From NCBI GenBank assembly GCA_964640465.1, contig CAZXHR010000002.1, forward strand, positions 1 through 61,671: DNA of 61,671 bases, read 5' to 3'. Under the pieces are notes generated by a model. That model saw only the letters and a list, made by a program, of their open reading frames with translations. It made no database searches and was not told the DNA's origin. The position numbers and the translations under genes were made by a program. Within the stretch, counting starts at the first letter, position 1. Each line of letters begins with the position of its first letter. Positions 10,166 through 18,907 of the stretch are shown here, in pieces. This stretch comes from an uncultured Opitutaceae bacterium. Lineage in GTDB: Bacteria; Verrucomicrobiota; Verrucomicrobiia; Opitutales; Opitutaceae.

Positions 10166-11191
10166 TCAGTTGTTGCGCACGGTGTCGGTGAACGCGCGGA
10201 GGGCGTCGATGCGGGTCGAGGTGCTCAGGCCGCAGGCTGGCGAGAGGATGTCGATGCCGCTGCGGACCAGGTTGCGGGTCATGTCGCGGATGCGGTCGGC
10301 GTCGGTGAACTCGAGCGCGTAGGTGCTCAGGTTGCCCATGGTGACGAGGCCGGGGTGGTCGCGCTTGAGGGCGGCGAGGTTGATCATCGCGTCGGTGCTC
10401 AGGGCGGCGAAGCGGAGCTGTGTCACCAGATGCTCGACGCGCTTGAGGTTGCCGCAGATGTGGAGGATGGGCGGGACGCCTGCGGCGCGGATGGCGTCGG
10501 CCAGGCGGTTGAGGTACGGCGCGGCGAAGGCCTCGAACATCGCCGGCCCGAGGATCTCGCCGGTGGCGGACGGGTCGCCGATCATGACGGAGGTGACGCG
10601 GCCCTCGCGGACGAGCACGGTGGCGTACTCGACGAGGAAGTTGGTGACGTAGTCGAGGACGTGGTGCGCGGCCGCGGGGTCCTTGCGCATGTCCTTGTAG
10701 AAGGCCAGGGGCTGGACGATGGAGGCGGCGGTGCTGACCGGGCCGGTGAGGCTGGCGATGACGGGCACGCCTGGGTTGCGCGCGGCGACGATGCGGGAGG
10801 CCTCGGCGACGACGGCGGCGCGGCCCGTGCGGGCGAGCGGGACGATCTCCCGGTACTCGACGACGGCGGAGGTGGCGAAGGGTTCGAGCGCGATCTTCGG
10901 CTCGCAGGCGAGCGTGCCCAGATCGACGCTACTGCCGAGCAGCTCGGCCTCGACGGTCATGCAGAAGGGCACGCCGATGTTCTCGAAACCGGTGTGGGCG
11001 CGGACGGCCTCGGCCAGCGCGGCCATGCGGACGGGATCGCTGTGCGCCTCGGGCAGCGTGAGGCCCGTGGCGTTCATGACGTCGACGATGGCGGCGTTCA
11101 TCATCCCGCCGGTGCAGATGACCGGCGAGCGATCGGCCCGCTCGCGATGGAGGACGTGGAGCAGGCGGTCTTTCTCGGTGAGGTTGCTCAT
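10166..11191 (-). CDS. URO-D-family methylcobamide:thiol-type methyltransferase (MtaA/MtbA/MtsA-like), copy C
   Basis: 341 aa. The Zn-ligand pattern is retained: HICG (H-x-C) plus a downstream PACG. Confidence 0.8.
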   Translation of the reverse strand: MSNLTEKDRLLHVLHRERADRSPVICTGGMMNAAIVDVMNATGLTLPEAHSDPVRMAALAEAVRAHTGFENIGVPFCMTVEAELLGSSVDLGTLACEPKIALEPFATSAVVEYREIVPLARTGRAAVVAEASRIVAARNPGVPVIASLTGPVSTAASIVQPLAFYKDMRKDPAAAHHVLDYVTNFLVEYATVLVREGRVTSVMIGDPSATGEILGPAMFEAFAAPYLNRLADAIRAAGVPPILHICGNLKRVEHLVTQLRFAALSTDAMINLAALKRDHPGLVTMGNLSTYALEFTDADRIRDMTRNLVRSGIDILSPACGLSTSTRIDALRAFTDTVRNN

Positions 11192-12381
11192 GACGATTGG
11201 GCCTGGTGTAAGGAAGTGACGGTTGCAGGTAGGGCGGGACCGCCGGGCCCGCCGCGTTCACGGACGGCCCAGCGGTCCGTCCCTACCTCGGAGAGTTCGT
11301 TGCGAGTCTCGGAACTATTGGCGCTTTGGAGGGCGGAAGGGTTGACGGGCCAGCCGAGCTCGCGGACGGCGTCGAGCATGGCGTCGATGTTGGCGAAGGG
11401 AGTCTCGACCGGCAGGGAGCAGCCGGAGGCGACAACGAGGCCGCGCGGGTTGTCGGCGGCGGCGCGGACGGTGGCGAAGACGGACGCGCGTACCTGGGCG
11501 GGCGTGCCCTGGAGCATGACCTCGGAGGGCGGGACGTTGCCCATGAGGCGGACGCGGTGGCCGATCCGCGCTTTGGCGTCGGCGAGGGCGGCGGCGTTGT
11601 CGAGCGAGAGGCAGTCGGCGCCGGTATCCGCCATGTCGGTCCAGATCGGGTGGGTCTTGCCGCAGATGTGCAGCGTGACGGAGCGTTTCTGCGAATGGAG
11701 AAATTCGACCAGGCGGCGCAGGTACGGCGCGCCGAACTCGCGGAACTGGCGCGGGCTGATGACCGTGGAGGAGCACATGGCGTCGGTGAGGCTCGGCGAC
11801 GCGCCGGTGGCGAGGATGGCGCGCGCGTAGGCGAGGGTGCTCTCGTAGGCGACCTCGACGAGGCGGTGGACGGCGGCGGGATCGCGGAGCATGAGGCGCG
11901 CGAGGTTCTCGGCGCCGATCAGGAACGACGCGGTGGTGAACGGCCCGGTGAGCGCGCCGGTGACGGGCACCTCGTGGCCGACGGCCTTGAACGCGATCTC
12001 CATCGCCTCGAGGTGATGCGGGAGGTTGCCGTCCTTCGACGGGTCGACGACGCGCAACGAGGCGATCTGGTCGACGTCGGCGATGGCCGGCGCGCCGAGG
12101 TAGGCGGTCTCGTCGTCGGGATAGTGGACCTGCGCGCCCATCGCCTCGGCGAGGGTGTAGAGGTCGGTGAAGATGCGGATGTTGTCGTAGCCGAAGCGGC
12201 GGTAGGCTGCGACGTGGGCGTCGGCGAGGAGGCGGCCGTTGCCGCGGAACGCGGAGATCTTGGCGCCGACGAGGCGCGCGGCGGTGTTGCCGACGATCGG
12301 CACGCAGGGGAGCCGGTCGATCGGCTGTCCGCGGCCGTAGGCGGCGAGGCGCTCCAAAGGACTGAGACGGTCGCGGCTCAT
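11188..12381 (-). CDS. URO-D-family methyltransferase, copy B, with a C-terminal extension of about 50 aa
   Basis: 397 aa with Zn ligands HICG plus SGCS. The tail is encoded by the REP-like doublet. There is an ATGA overlap with the downstream gene. Confidence 0.8.
   Translation of the reverse strand: MSRDRLSPLERLAAYGRGQPIDRLPCVPIVGNTAARLVGAKISAFRGNGRLLADAHVAAYRRFGYDNIRIFTDLYTLAEAMGAQVHYPDDETAYLGAPAIADVDQIASLRVVDPSKDGNLPHHLEAMEIAFKAVGHEVPVTGALTGPFTTASFLIGAENLARLMLRDPAAVHRLVEVAYESTLAYARAILATGASPSLTDAMCSSTVISPRQFREFGAPYLRRLVEFLHSQKRSVTLHICGKTHPIWTDMADTGADCLSLDNAAALADAKARIGHRVRLMGNVPPSEVMLQGTPAQVRASVFATVRAAADNPRGLVVASGCSLPVETPFANIDAMLDAVRELGWPVNPSALQSANSSETRNELSEVGTDRWAVRERGGPGGPALPATVTSLHQAQSS
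11227..11288. repeat. REPIN-like inverted doublet with AGGTAGGG heads
   Basis: Arms 11227-11243 (aggtagggcgggaccgc) and 11272-11288 (gcggtccgtccctacct) are complementary at 15 of 17 positions. The doublet lies inside the 3' tail of ORF 11188-12381. Confidence 0.65.
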
Positions 12382-12382
12382 G

Positions 12383-13045
12383 TCAGGCGGCGACGTCGGC
12401 GGTGAGGAGCTGTTGGATGAGTTTCACGGCGGCGGGCGCGGTGGGCGAATAGCCGTCGGCGCCGATGCGTTTGGCGAAACCGGCGGAGATCGGGCCGCCG
12501 CCGACGATGACCTTGAACTTCTCGCGTACGCCGGCCTGTTCGAGCAGGCGGACGACTTCGCTCATCGCGTCCATCGTGGTCGTCATGAGCGTGGAGAGCG
12601 CGATGACGCTGGCGCCGGACTTGATCGCCTCGTCGACGAAACGCTGCGGGGCGATGTCGCGGCCGAGGTCGATGAGCTCGAAGCCGGCGGCCTCTAGCAT
12701 GATCTTCACGAGGTTCTTGCCGATGTCGTGCGTGTCGCCCTCGACGACGCCGATGACGATCTTCTTGCGCTCCTTGGTGCTGTCGCGGCGGATATGCGGC
12801 CGGAGGATGTCGAGGCCGGTGTACATCGCATCGGAGCAGAGCAGGAGCTCGGGGATGAAGTACTCCTCGGTCTCGAAGAGCTGGCCGGCGCGGTTCATGC
12901 CGTCGACCAGGCCGTTCTCGATGGCGGTGGTGGCGTCGACGCCTTGGGCGACCACGGAGTTTGCGTGTGTGCGGGTGGAGTCTTCATCCATGCCGACGAC
13001 GGAATCGGAGAGGGCGCGGAAGAGTTCGGATTGCTGCTGGCTCAT
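12383..13045 (-). CDS. corrinoid (B12-binding) protein, MtaC/MtbC/MtsB-like
   Basis: 220 aa with the DxHxxG motif (GDTHDIGKN), an S-x-L motif (ALSTLM) and a GG motif (VIVGGGPI), preceded by an N-terminal helical cap domain. Confidence 0.9.
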   Translation of the reverse strand: MSQQQSELFRALSDSVVGMDEDSTRTHANSVVAQGVDATTAIENGLVDGMNRAGQLFETEEYFIPELLLCSDAMYTGLDILRPHIRRDSTKERKKIVIGVVEGDTHDIGKNLVKIMLEAAGFELIDLGRDIAPQRFVDEAIKSGASVIALSTLMTTTMDAMSEVVRLLEQAGVREKFKVIVGGGPISAGFAKRIGADGYSPTAPAAVKLIQQLLTADVAA

Positions 13046-13100
13046 GGGAGAAATGGGAGAGAGGGGAAGGATGGGAGGAATGGGATGCGCGGAGCGGAAC

Positions 13101-13126
13101 GGTCGCGGGCGAGCCGCGACCCTACC
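13101..13126. repeat. REP-like hairpin with a GGTAGGG head (minus-strand reading GGTAGGGTCGCGGCTCGCCCGCGACC)
   Basis: Palindrome ggtcgcgg/ccgcgacc, read directly. The TAG within the head is the stop codon of the gene at 13122-14171. Confidence 0.65.
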
Positions 13127-14171
13127 GCAAGCGTGGTGGCGGTTGCGGGGTTGTGGCGCGGGCGGTGGCGACCATGGCCTGGACGTTGGCGAGCGGGACG
13201 GAGGGAGGGATGTCGCAGCCGGGCATGACGAGGTAGCCGGCGCCGGGGCCGGCGAGGCGGATGCTCTCGCGGCAGGCGGCGGCGACGCCCTCGGGCGTCT
13301 CCTTCTGCAGGATGGCGACGGGATTCATGTTGCCTGCGAAGGCGATGTGGCCGCCGAGGGCGCGGCGCGCGGCGGAGAGGTCGACCTTGTAGTCGACGGA
13401 CATGATCTGCGCGCCGGTCGCCGGGATGGTATCCAGACGGTTGGTGGTGTTGCCGCAGATGTGGACGAGCACCCAGACGCCGCGGGCGCGGATGCGGGCG
13501 GCGACACGGGCGAGGTAGGGTTGCGCGAACTCGACGAACTGCTCGCGCGAGATCAGGTCGCCCGAGGCGGTGGGATCGGCGAGCGAGACGAGCGAGACGC
13601 CGGCGTCGATGAACGGCTCCAGGTAGGCGAAGCAGAGCTCGGCGGAGAAATCGAGGACGGCGTGGACGGCGGCGGGGTCCTTGCGGATCGCGCGCATGAG
13701 GTTCTCGACGCCGTAGGCCAGCCCGCCGAGCGTGAACGGCGCCCACTGGCTGGTGCCGACGACGGTGTGCGAGCCGATGGAACGGGAGAGGATGCCGGCG
13801 GCGGCGACCAGTTGGCGGATACCGGCGTCGTCCCCGACGCGGCGCGGGTCGATGCGCGGGATATCGGCGAGCGAGCGCAGGAGCGGCTCCTGGACATCGG
13901 GCGTGCCCTTGGCGCGGAACTTCAGGCGGCCGCCGACGCCGCGGATGGCGAGGTTGTGGTAGCCGGAGCCGGGCCAGACGATGTCGGCGCCGACCTTGAC
14001 GTTGGTCTCTTCGATGACCTCGGCGATGCGTTCGCCGCCGACCTCCAGGGCGCGCTCCAGCGTGAGGCCGCTCTGGTTGAGCGTCCACGCGCCGGCGGAG
14101 AGCAACGACACGGGCTGGCGTGGCGTGGCTTCGAGCCGGATGAGACTGGAGACGATTTCCCTGGAGGTCAT
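13122..14171 (-). CDS. URO-D-family methyltransferase, copy A
   Basis: 349 aa with Zn ligands HICG plus PGCD. Confidence 0.8.
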   Translation of the reverse strand: MTSREIVSSLIRLEATPRQPVSLLSAGAWTLNQSGLTLERALEVGGERIAEVIEETNVKVGADIVWPGSGYHNLAIRGVGGRLKFRAKGTPDVQEPLLRSLADIPRIDPRRVGDDAGIRQLVAAAGILSRSIGSHTVVGTSQWAPFTLGGLAYGVENLMRAIRKDPAAVHAVLDFSAELCFAYLEPFIDAGVSLVSLADPTASGDLISREQFVEFAQPYLARVAARIRARGVWVLVHICGNTTNRLDTIPATGAQIMSVDYKVDLSAARRALGGHIAFAGNMNPVAILQKETPEGVAAACRESIRLAGPGAGYLVMPGCDIPPSVPLANVQAMVATARATTPQPPPRLR

Positions 14172-14339
14172 GGCGACGGACGGATGGAGGCGGAGCGGTT
14201 TGGTTGGGTGGTGGTGGCGGGCGGAAGGACGGAGGCGGTTGGCGTTCGGCTCACACGGGGAGCGCTGGCCGAGCGCGCGACCCGCTTGGGGGCAAGCGGG
14301 TCCACCCGCAGGCGGGCGGCAGCGCGTGTCGGTAGGTAC

Positions 14340-15410
14340 TCAGGGTTTGGTGGCGGGCGCGGTGTCGCGCTTCACGTAGTCGGCCTCGAGTTGCTTCCAG
14401 AACGGGTCCTTCGGGCTGGCGGTGGCGGCTGAGTCGAGGGCGCGCTTGTAGAAGGAGGTGTCGACGAAGGAGGCGATGTCGCGCTCCTGCTCGGCGTACC
14501 CGATGCGACGCATGACGTTCCAGAAGCGGACCGTGTTCGCGATGTCGGGATCGGTCGGCTGGTCGTTGAGGTACGACGCATCGATGATGTGGCGGTCGAG
14601 CTTGATGTACTTGGTGATGATATCGACGGCCTGGTCGCGGTGGTCGTGGCCGAACTTCTCGGCCTTGAGCAGCGCGGCGATCACGCCGGCGATGACCTGG
14701 GGACGCTCGGTGACGTCCTTGGTCTGCACCACCAGGCGGCAGCACGGGTGGTTGGGGAGGAGATCGTGGCTGGTGGCGACGACCTTCAGACCGCTCTCGA
14801 CGGCGCGGACGACGTGCGGCTCCCAGACGGTGCCGGCGTCGACTTCGCCCGAGCGGACGGCCTCGATGACGGCCGGCGGGCTCTTGAGCTCGAAGATCTG
14901 GATATCCTTGCCGGGGACGATGCCCAGGTCGAGGAGGTGGCCGCGCAGGGCGGTGTCGGCGGAGGAGAGGCGGACGACGGCGACCTTGCGGCCCCTGAGA
15001 TCGGCGACGCTCTTGATCGTGGCGGCCTTTTCGGCGGTCGTGATCAGCGCGGCATCCTCGTTGTGGATGCCGCCGACGATCCGGATGTCGGCGCCCTTGG
15101 CGATGTGGAAGAGCGGGGCGGTGGCGCCGAAGGCGCCGAAGTCGAGCTTGCCGGCGCGGACGGCGGCGAGACCGTCAGCGGAGTTCTGGAACTCGACTAG
15201 CTCGACCTTGAGGCCCTGCTCGGCGAAGTAGCCGAGTTCCTGGGCGACGAAGATCTTGCCCTGGCCGGGCACGAGGATGTGGCCGAACTTGATCGGCGTG
15301 AGTTCGGTGGCGGGCGCTGCGGGGGCGGGGTTCTCGGCATGGAGAACGGCGGCTGTCAGCAACGCGAGCGCGGCGGGAAGCGAGCGCTGGAGGATGGAGT
15401 TTGGTTTCAT
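14340..15410 (-). CDS. ABC substrate-binding protein, NMT1/THI5-like (NitT/TauT family), paralog 1
   Basis: 356 aa with a signal peptide and the HPCCR motif. Adjacent to the permease and ATPase genes. Confidence 0.8.
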   Translation of the reverse strand: MKPNSILQRSLPAALALLTAAVLHAENPAPAAPATELTPIKFGHILVPGQGKIFVAQELGYFAEQGLKVELVEFQNSADGLAAVRAGKLDFGAFGATAPLFHIAKGADIRIVGGIHNEDAALITTAEKAATIKSVADLRGRKVAVVRLSSADTALRGHLLDLGIVPGKDIQIFELKSPPAVIEAVRSGEVDAGTVWEPHVVRAVESGLKVVATSHDLLPNHPCCRLVVQTKDVTERPQVIAGVIAALLKAEKFGHDHRDQAVDIITKYIKLDRHIIDASYLNDQPTDPDIANTVRFWNVMRRIGYAEQERDIASFVDTSFYKRALDSAATASPKDPFWKQLEADYVKRDTAPATKP

Positions 15411-15444
15411 TGGGAGTGCGTGATGGAGAGGTGGAAGCAGCGGG

Positions 15445-16296
15445 TCAGCGGACCCAGAAGAGGGCGCGGCGGCGGATGCGTTCGAGCAGGCCGGTGGTGA
15501 GCAGCACGACGACGCTGGTGTAGAGGATGCCGGCGACCATGCGCGGGTAGTCGGCGTAATCGGCGTAGAGCTGGATGAAGCGGCCGAGGCCGGCGCTGGC
15601 GCCGAAGAGCTCGGCGATCGTCAGCATGATGAACGAGAACACGAGGCCGACGGAGAGGCCGGAGAAGATGTGCGGAAGCGCGGCGGGGAAGACGACGTGG
15701 CGGAGGTACTCGGCGCGGCCGAGGCCGAGGATGAGGGCGTTGTCGCGGAAGCGGCGGGGAACCGAGCCGGCGCCGGCGGTGGTATTGAGGAATATGGGCC
15801 AGAAGGCGCCGACGAAGACGATGAAGCCGGCGGCGGTGCGGAAGGAGGGCAGCAGCGCGATCGCGTAGGGGATGTAGATCGTGGGCGGGATCGGCGATGC
15901 CAGGCGCGAGAATGCCGAGAAGAGCCGGTGCAGCGCGGGCGTGGTGCCGACGAGCAGGCCCCAGACGATGCCGGCGACGACGGCGAGCAGGTATCCCGGC
16001 GCGAGGATCAGGAAGGAGGAGACGGAGCCCTTGAGCAGCTCGGGCAGCGAGAGCCAGAGGGCCTTGAGCGAGGCCCATGGCGTGGGGAACAGGTAGCTGC
16101 CGGAGAAGGAGAGGCCGGCACTGACGACGATCCAGAGTGCGAGCAGCGCGAGGAGGAAGACGGCGCCCTCGCGGCCGTGGAGAATTCGCCAGGGACGGAA
16201 GGGCGCGGCGACGGGCGAGTCCGGGAGCTTGTTGCCGTGGGCGAGGATCGTGGTCGGCGCGGAGTCCGCTTGTGCGGTATCGGCGAGTGTGCTCAT
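15445..16296 (-). CDS. ABC transporter permease (SsuC/TauC-like)
   Basis: 283-aa polytopic protein, similar to binding-protein-dependent transport permeases. Confidence 0.8.
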   Translation of the reverse strand: MSTLADTAQADSAPTTILAHGNKLPDSPVAAPFRPWRILHGREGAVFLLALLALWIVVSAGLSFSGSYLFPTPWASLKALWLSLPELLKGSVSSFLILAPGYLLAVVAGIVWGLLVGTTPALHRLFSAFSRLASPIPPTIYIPYAIALLPSFRTAAGFIVFVGAFWPIFLNTTAGAGSVPRRFRDNALILGLGRAEYLRHVVFPAALPHIFSGLSVGLVFSFIMLTIAELFGASAGLGRFIQLYADYADYPRMVAGILYTSVVVLLTTGLLERIRRRALFWVR

Positions 16297-16303
16297 GGGA
16301 GTG

Positions 16304-17146
16304 TCAGATGCCCTCGGCGACGGAGGCGACGAGCGACTCGGCTTCGATCCGGTCGATCAGGTCCTGTTGGAAGCGTTCGTCGATGCGTTGGCGCAGGGCG
16401 ACGAACTCCGGCGTGCGGGAGAGTTCGCGGCGCTGGCGCGGGCGAGGGAAGGGGATGTCGAGCTGCTCGATGACGCGGCCGGGCGTGGAGCCGAGGAGGA
16501 CGACGCGGTCGGAAAGGTACAGGGCCTCGTCGAGGTCGTGGGTGACGAAGACGACGGTCTTGCGCGGGCTGGAACCGGCCCAGATGGCGATGAGAAGATC
16601 CTGGAGCTTGGCGCGGTTGAGCGGATCGAGGGCGCCGAAGGGCTCGTCCATGAGGAGCACCTTTGAGCCGAGGGCGAAGGTGCGCGCGATGGCGCCGCGC
16701 TGGAGCATGCCGCCGGAGAGTTCGAAGGGATACTTCGCGGTGGCGGCCTCGAGGCCGACGAGCCCGAGGAATTCGGCGGCGGTGATGCGGCGCTGCTCGT
16801 CGGTGGTCTCCGGGTGGGACTTGGAGAGGGCGAACTCGACGTTCTCGGAGAGCGTGAGCCACGGGAAGAGCGAGTAGTCCTGGAAAACGACTCCGCGTTC
16901 CAACGACGGGCCGACGAGCGGACGGCCCTGCCAGGAGAGGCTGCCGGACTGTGGGCGATCGAGACCGGCGAGGAGGCGCAGGAGCGTGGTCTTGCCGCAA
17001 CCGCTCGGGCCGAGAAGCGAGACGAACGATCCGGCGGCGATATCGAGCCGGATGTCGGATAGGATCGGCGTGCCGGCGTAGGCGAAGTTGACGGCTTCGA
17101 TCTGCAGGCCGGTGTCGGCGGAGGTGGTGGCGGGTGTGGTGCTCAT
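16304..17146 (-). CDS. ABC transporter ATP-binding protein (SsuB/TauB-like)
   Basis: Start reset to the ATG at 17146. Walker A GPSGCGKTT, signature LSGGMLQR, Walker B LLMDEPFGALD. Confidence 0.85.
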   Translation of the reverse strand: MSTTPATTSADTGLQIEAVNFAYAGTPILSDIRLDIAAGSFVSLLGPSGCGKTTLLRLLAGLDRPQSGSLSWQGRPLVGPSLERGVVFQDYSLFPWLTLSENVEFALSKSHPETTDEQRRITAAEFLGLVGLEAATAKYPFELSGGMLQRGAIARTFALGSKVLLMDEPFGALDPLNRAKLQDLLIAIWAGSSPRKTVVFVTHDLDEALYLSDRVVLLGSTPGRVIEQLDIPFPRPRQRRELSRTPEFVALRQRIDERFQQDLIDRIEAESLVASVAEGI

Positions 17147-17401
17147 GGATCGCGGTGCGCGGTTGAGGCGGGTGGGCGAAGTGGGTGGGACGGGCCGGGT
17201 GGCGTGTGGGCGGGAGTTGCGAGTTGGGCGAAGCGAGGACTGGCGGAGTTGAGGGTTGGTGACGGATTTCGGGCATGGCATGGCCCACGCCCCGTGTCTC
17301 GGGAGTTCGGAGAGGAGGGCCGGTGTGGCGGAGACCGCTCAGCCGTCACACCGGCCGTGGCTGCGTCGAGATGTGGGGGACGCAGCGAAGATGGTGCGGG
17401 A

Positions 17402-18748
17402 TCAGAAGGCGGCGCGGAGGCCGAAGGTCAGGATGTCCTGCGAGTAGGTGCGGCCGGGGAAGGCGGTGTGGTCGAGTTTGTTCCGGGCCTCGTTGCGGGC
17501 GTAGTCGACGGTGAGCGCCCAGTTCTTGTCGACGTCGTAGCGTAGGCCGGCGGAGTAGGTGTAGAACCAGTCCTTGCGGACGGTGGGCAGGGCGTAATCG
17601 GAACCGAGGATACGGAAGCCGAGGTTGCCGGAGAGCGCCGGGGAGAACTTGTGCCTGAGGGTGAGCCCGTAGGTGCTGTCGCGGTAGGAGGCGACGCCGG
17701 TGCTGGAGACGAAGTTCCAGATCTTGTGGGCGAGGACGAGGGAGTCGTTGGCGGAGAGGTCGGCGGTGGCGGAGGCCTCGGTGTAGAGCCAGGTGTGGTT
17801 CTTCTCGGCGATGCCGCGTGTGGCGGTGGCGTTGTCGAAGGTGCGGAAATCGGGGCCGGCCTGGAGGTCGACCTTCAGCCAGGAGGCGAGCTTGCCTTCG
17901 ACGCCGACGAGGAGGCGGCTGTACTTGCTGGCGCTGTCGACCTGCGACCAAGGGAGGTCGTCCTGCCCTTGCGCGCCGTAGCGGTAGCCGGTCCAGAGCG
18001 AGACGTTCTTGTTCAGCTTGGCGCCGACGTCGATGCCGGCGTTCAGGTCCTGGCGGTCGATGTAGTTCTGATACCCGACGTAGGTCCCGGTGGGCTGGTG
18101 GAGCTGGGTCTTGAGGTCGTAGTAGAGGACGTTGGCGACGGCGCGGACGAACCAGGCATCGGCGTCGTAGCGGAGCTGGAGCTTGGCGCGGTCCTGGAAC
18201 TGCTCCTTGCGCTCGCGGGAGCTGGCGGAGCCGTAGGCGTTGAGGAGGCCGTACTGCGGCGTGGTGGACTTGCCGTCGACGTAGGTGAAGGTGTTGTCGA
18301 GGGAGAAGGTGACGGCGTCGGACTTCGTTTTGAGCTGCTGGGAGAAGTTGTGGCGCTGGTTGGTCTCGCTGGAGGCGGAGTGGTAGAACGCGTAGTCGGC
18401 GGCGTAGCCGATGTTGAAGGCGGTGACGGCGGAGTTGTCGCCGAGGCCGAGGGCGGAGCGGAGGTTGAGGACGGCCTTCGGGGAGATGACGGTGACCCAG
18501 GATTCGACGTCGGCCACTTCGGGCAGGCCGGCGAGGGTGGGGTTGAACTCGGTGCCGTAGACGTTGGAGTCGTAGGTTTCTTTGACGGTGACCGAGAGTT
18601 CGGTGAGGGCGGCGGGCTTCTCGGCGAGGGCCGAGGTGGCGAGGCCGGCGGTGGCGGCGAGGGCGAGCAGGCGCGGGAGGCGGGCGAGCTGGCGTTGTTG
18701 CGAGGAGGTCGCGCGGGACGACCGGTTGAGCGCGAGAGAGAAGGACAT
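17402..18748 (-). CDS. outer-membrane beta-barrel protein (putative porin/channel)
   Basis: 448 aa with a signal peptide (LALAATAGLATSALA). The body has the alternating Tyr/Gly/Asp-rich pattern of amphipathic strands, and the protein ends in a terminal Phe (LRAAF). Confidence 0.65.
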   Translation of the reverse strand: MSFSLALNRSSRATSSQQRQLARLPRLLALAATAGLATSALAEKPAALTELSVTVKETYDSNVYGTEFNPTLAGLPEVADVESWVTVISPKAVLNLRSALGLGDNSAVTAFNIGYAADYAFYHSASSETNQRHNFSQQLKTKSDAVTFSLDNTFTYVDGKSTTPQYGLLNAYGSASSRERKEQFQDRAKLQLRYDADAWFVRAVANVLYYDLKTQLHQPTGTYVGYQNYIDRQDLNAGIDVGAKLNKNVSLWTGYRYGAQGQDDLPWSQVDSASKYSRLLVGVEGKLASWLKVDLQAGPDFRTFDNATATRGIAEKNHTWLYTEASATADLSANDSLVLAHKIWNFVSSTGVASYRDSTYGLTLRHKFSPALSGNLGFRILGSDYALPTVRKDWFYTYSAGLRYDVDKNWALTVDYARNEARNKLDHTAFPGRTYSQDILTFGLRAAF

Positions 18749-18907
18749 GTTGAGAGGAGTCGGTTGGCTGACGAGGGCTCCAGTTGTCTGGTCGGAGTGG
18801 GATGGGTTGGGATCGCCGCTGGTGCGGTGGATTTGGCGGCTGCGCGCCGCCGGAACGGAAAGGTGTGGGGACGGCTTGGGCTGCGCGGCGCGGCTGGGGA
18901 GCGGAGA

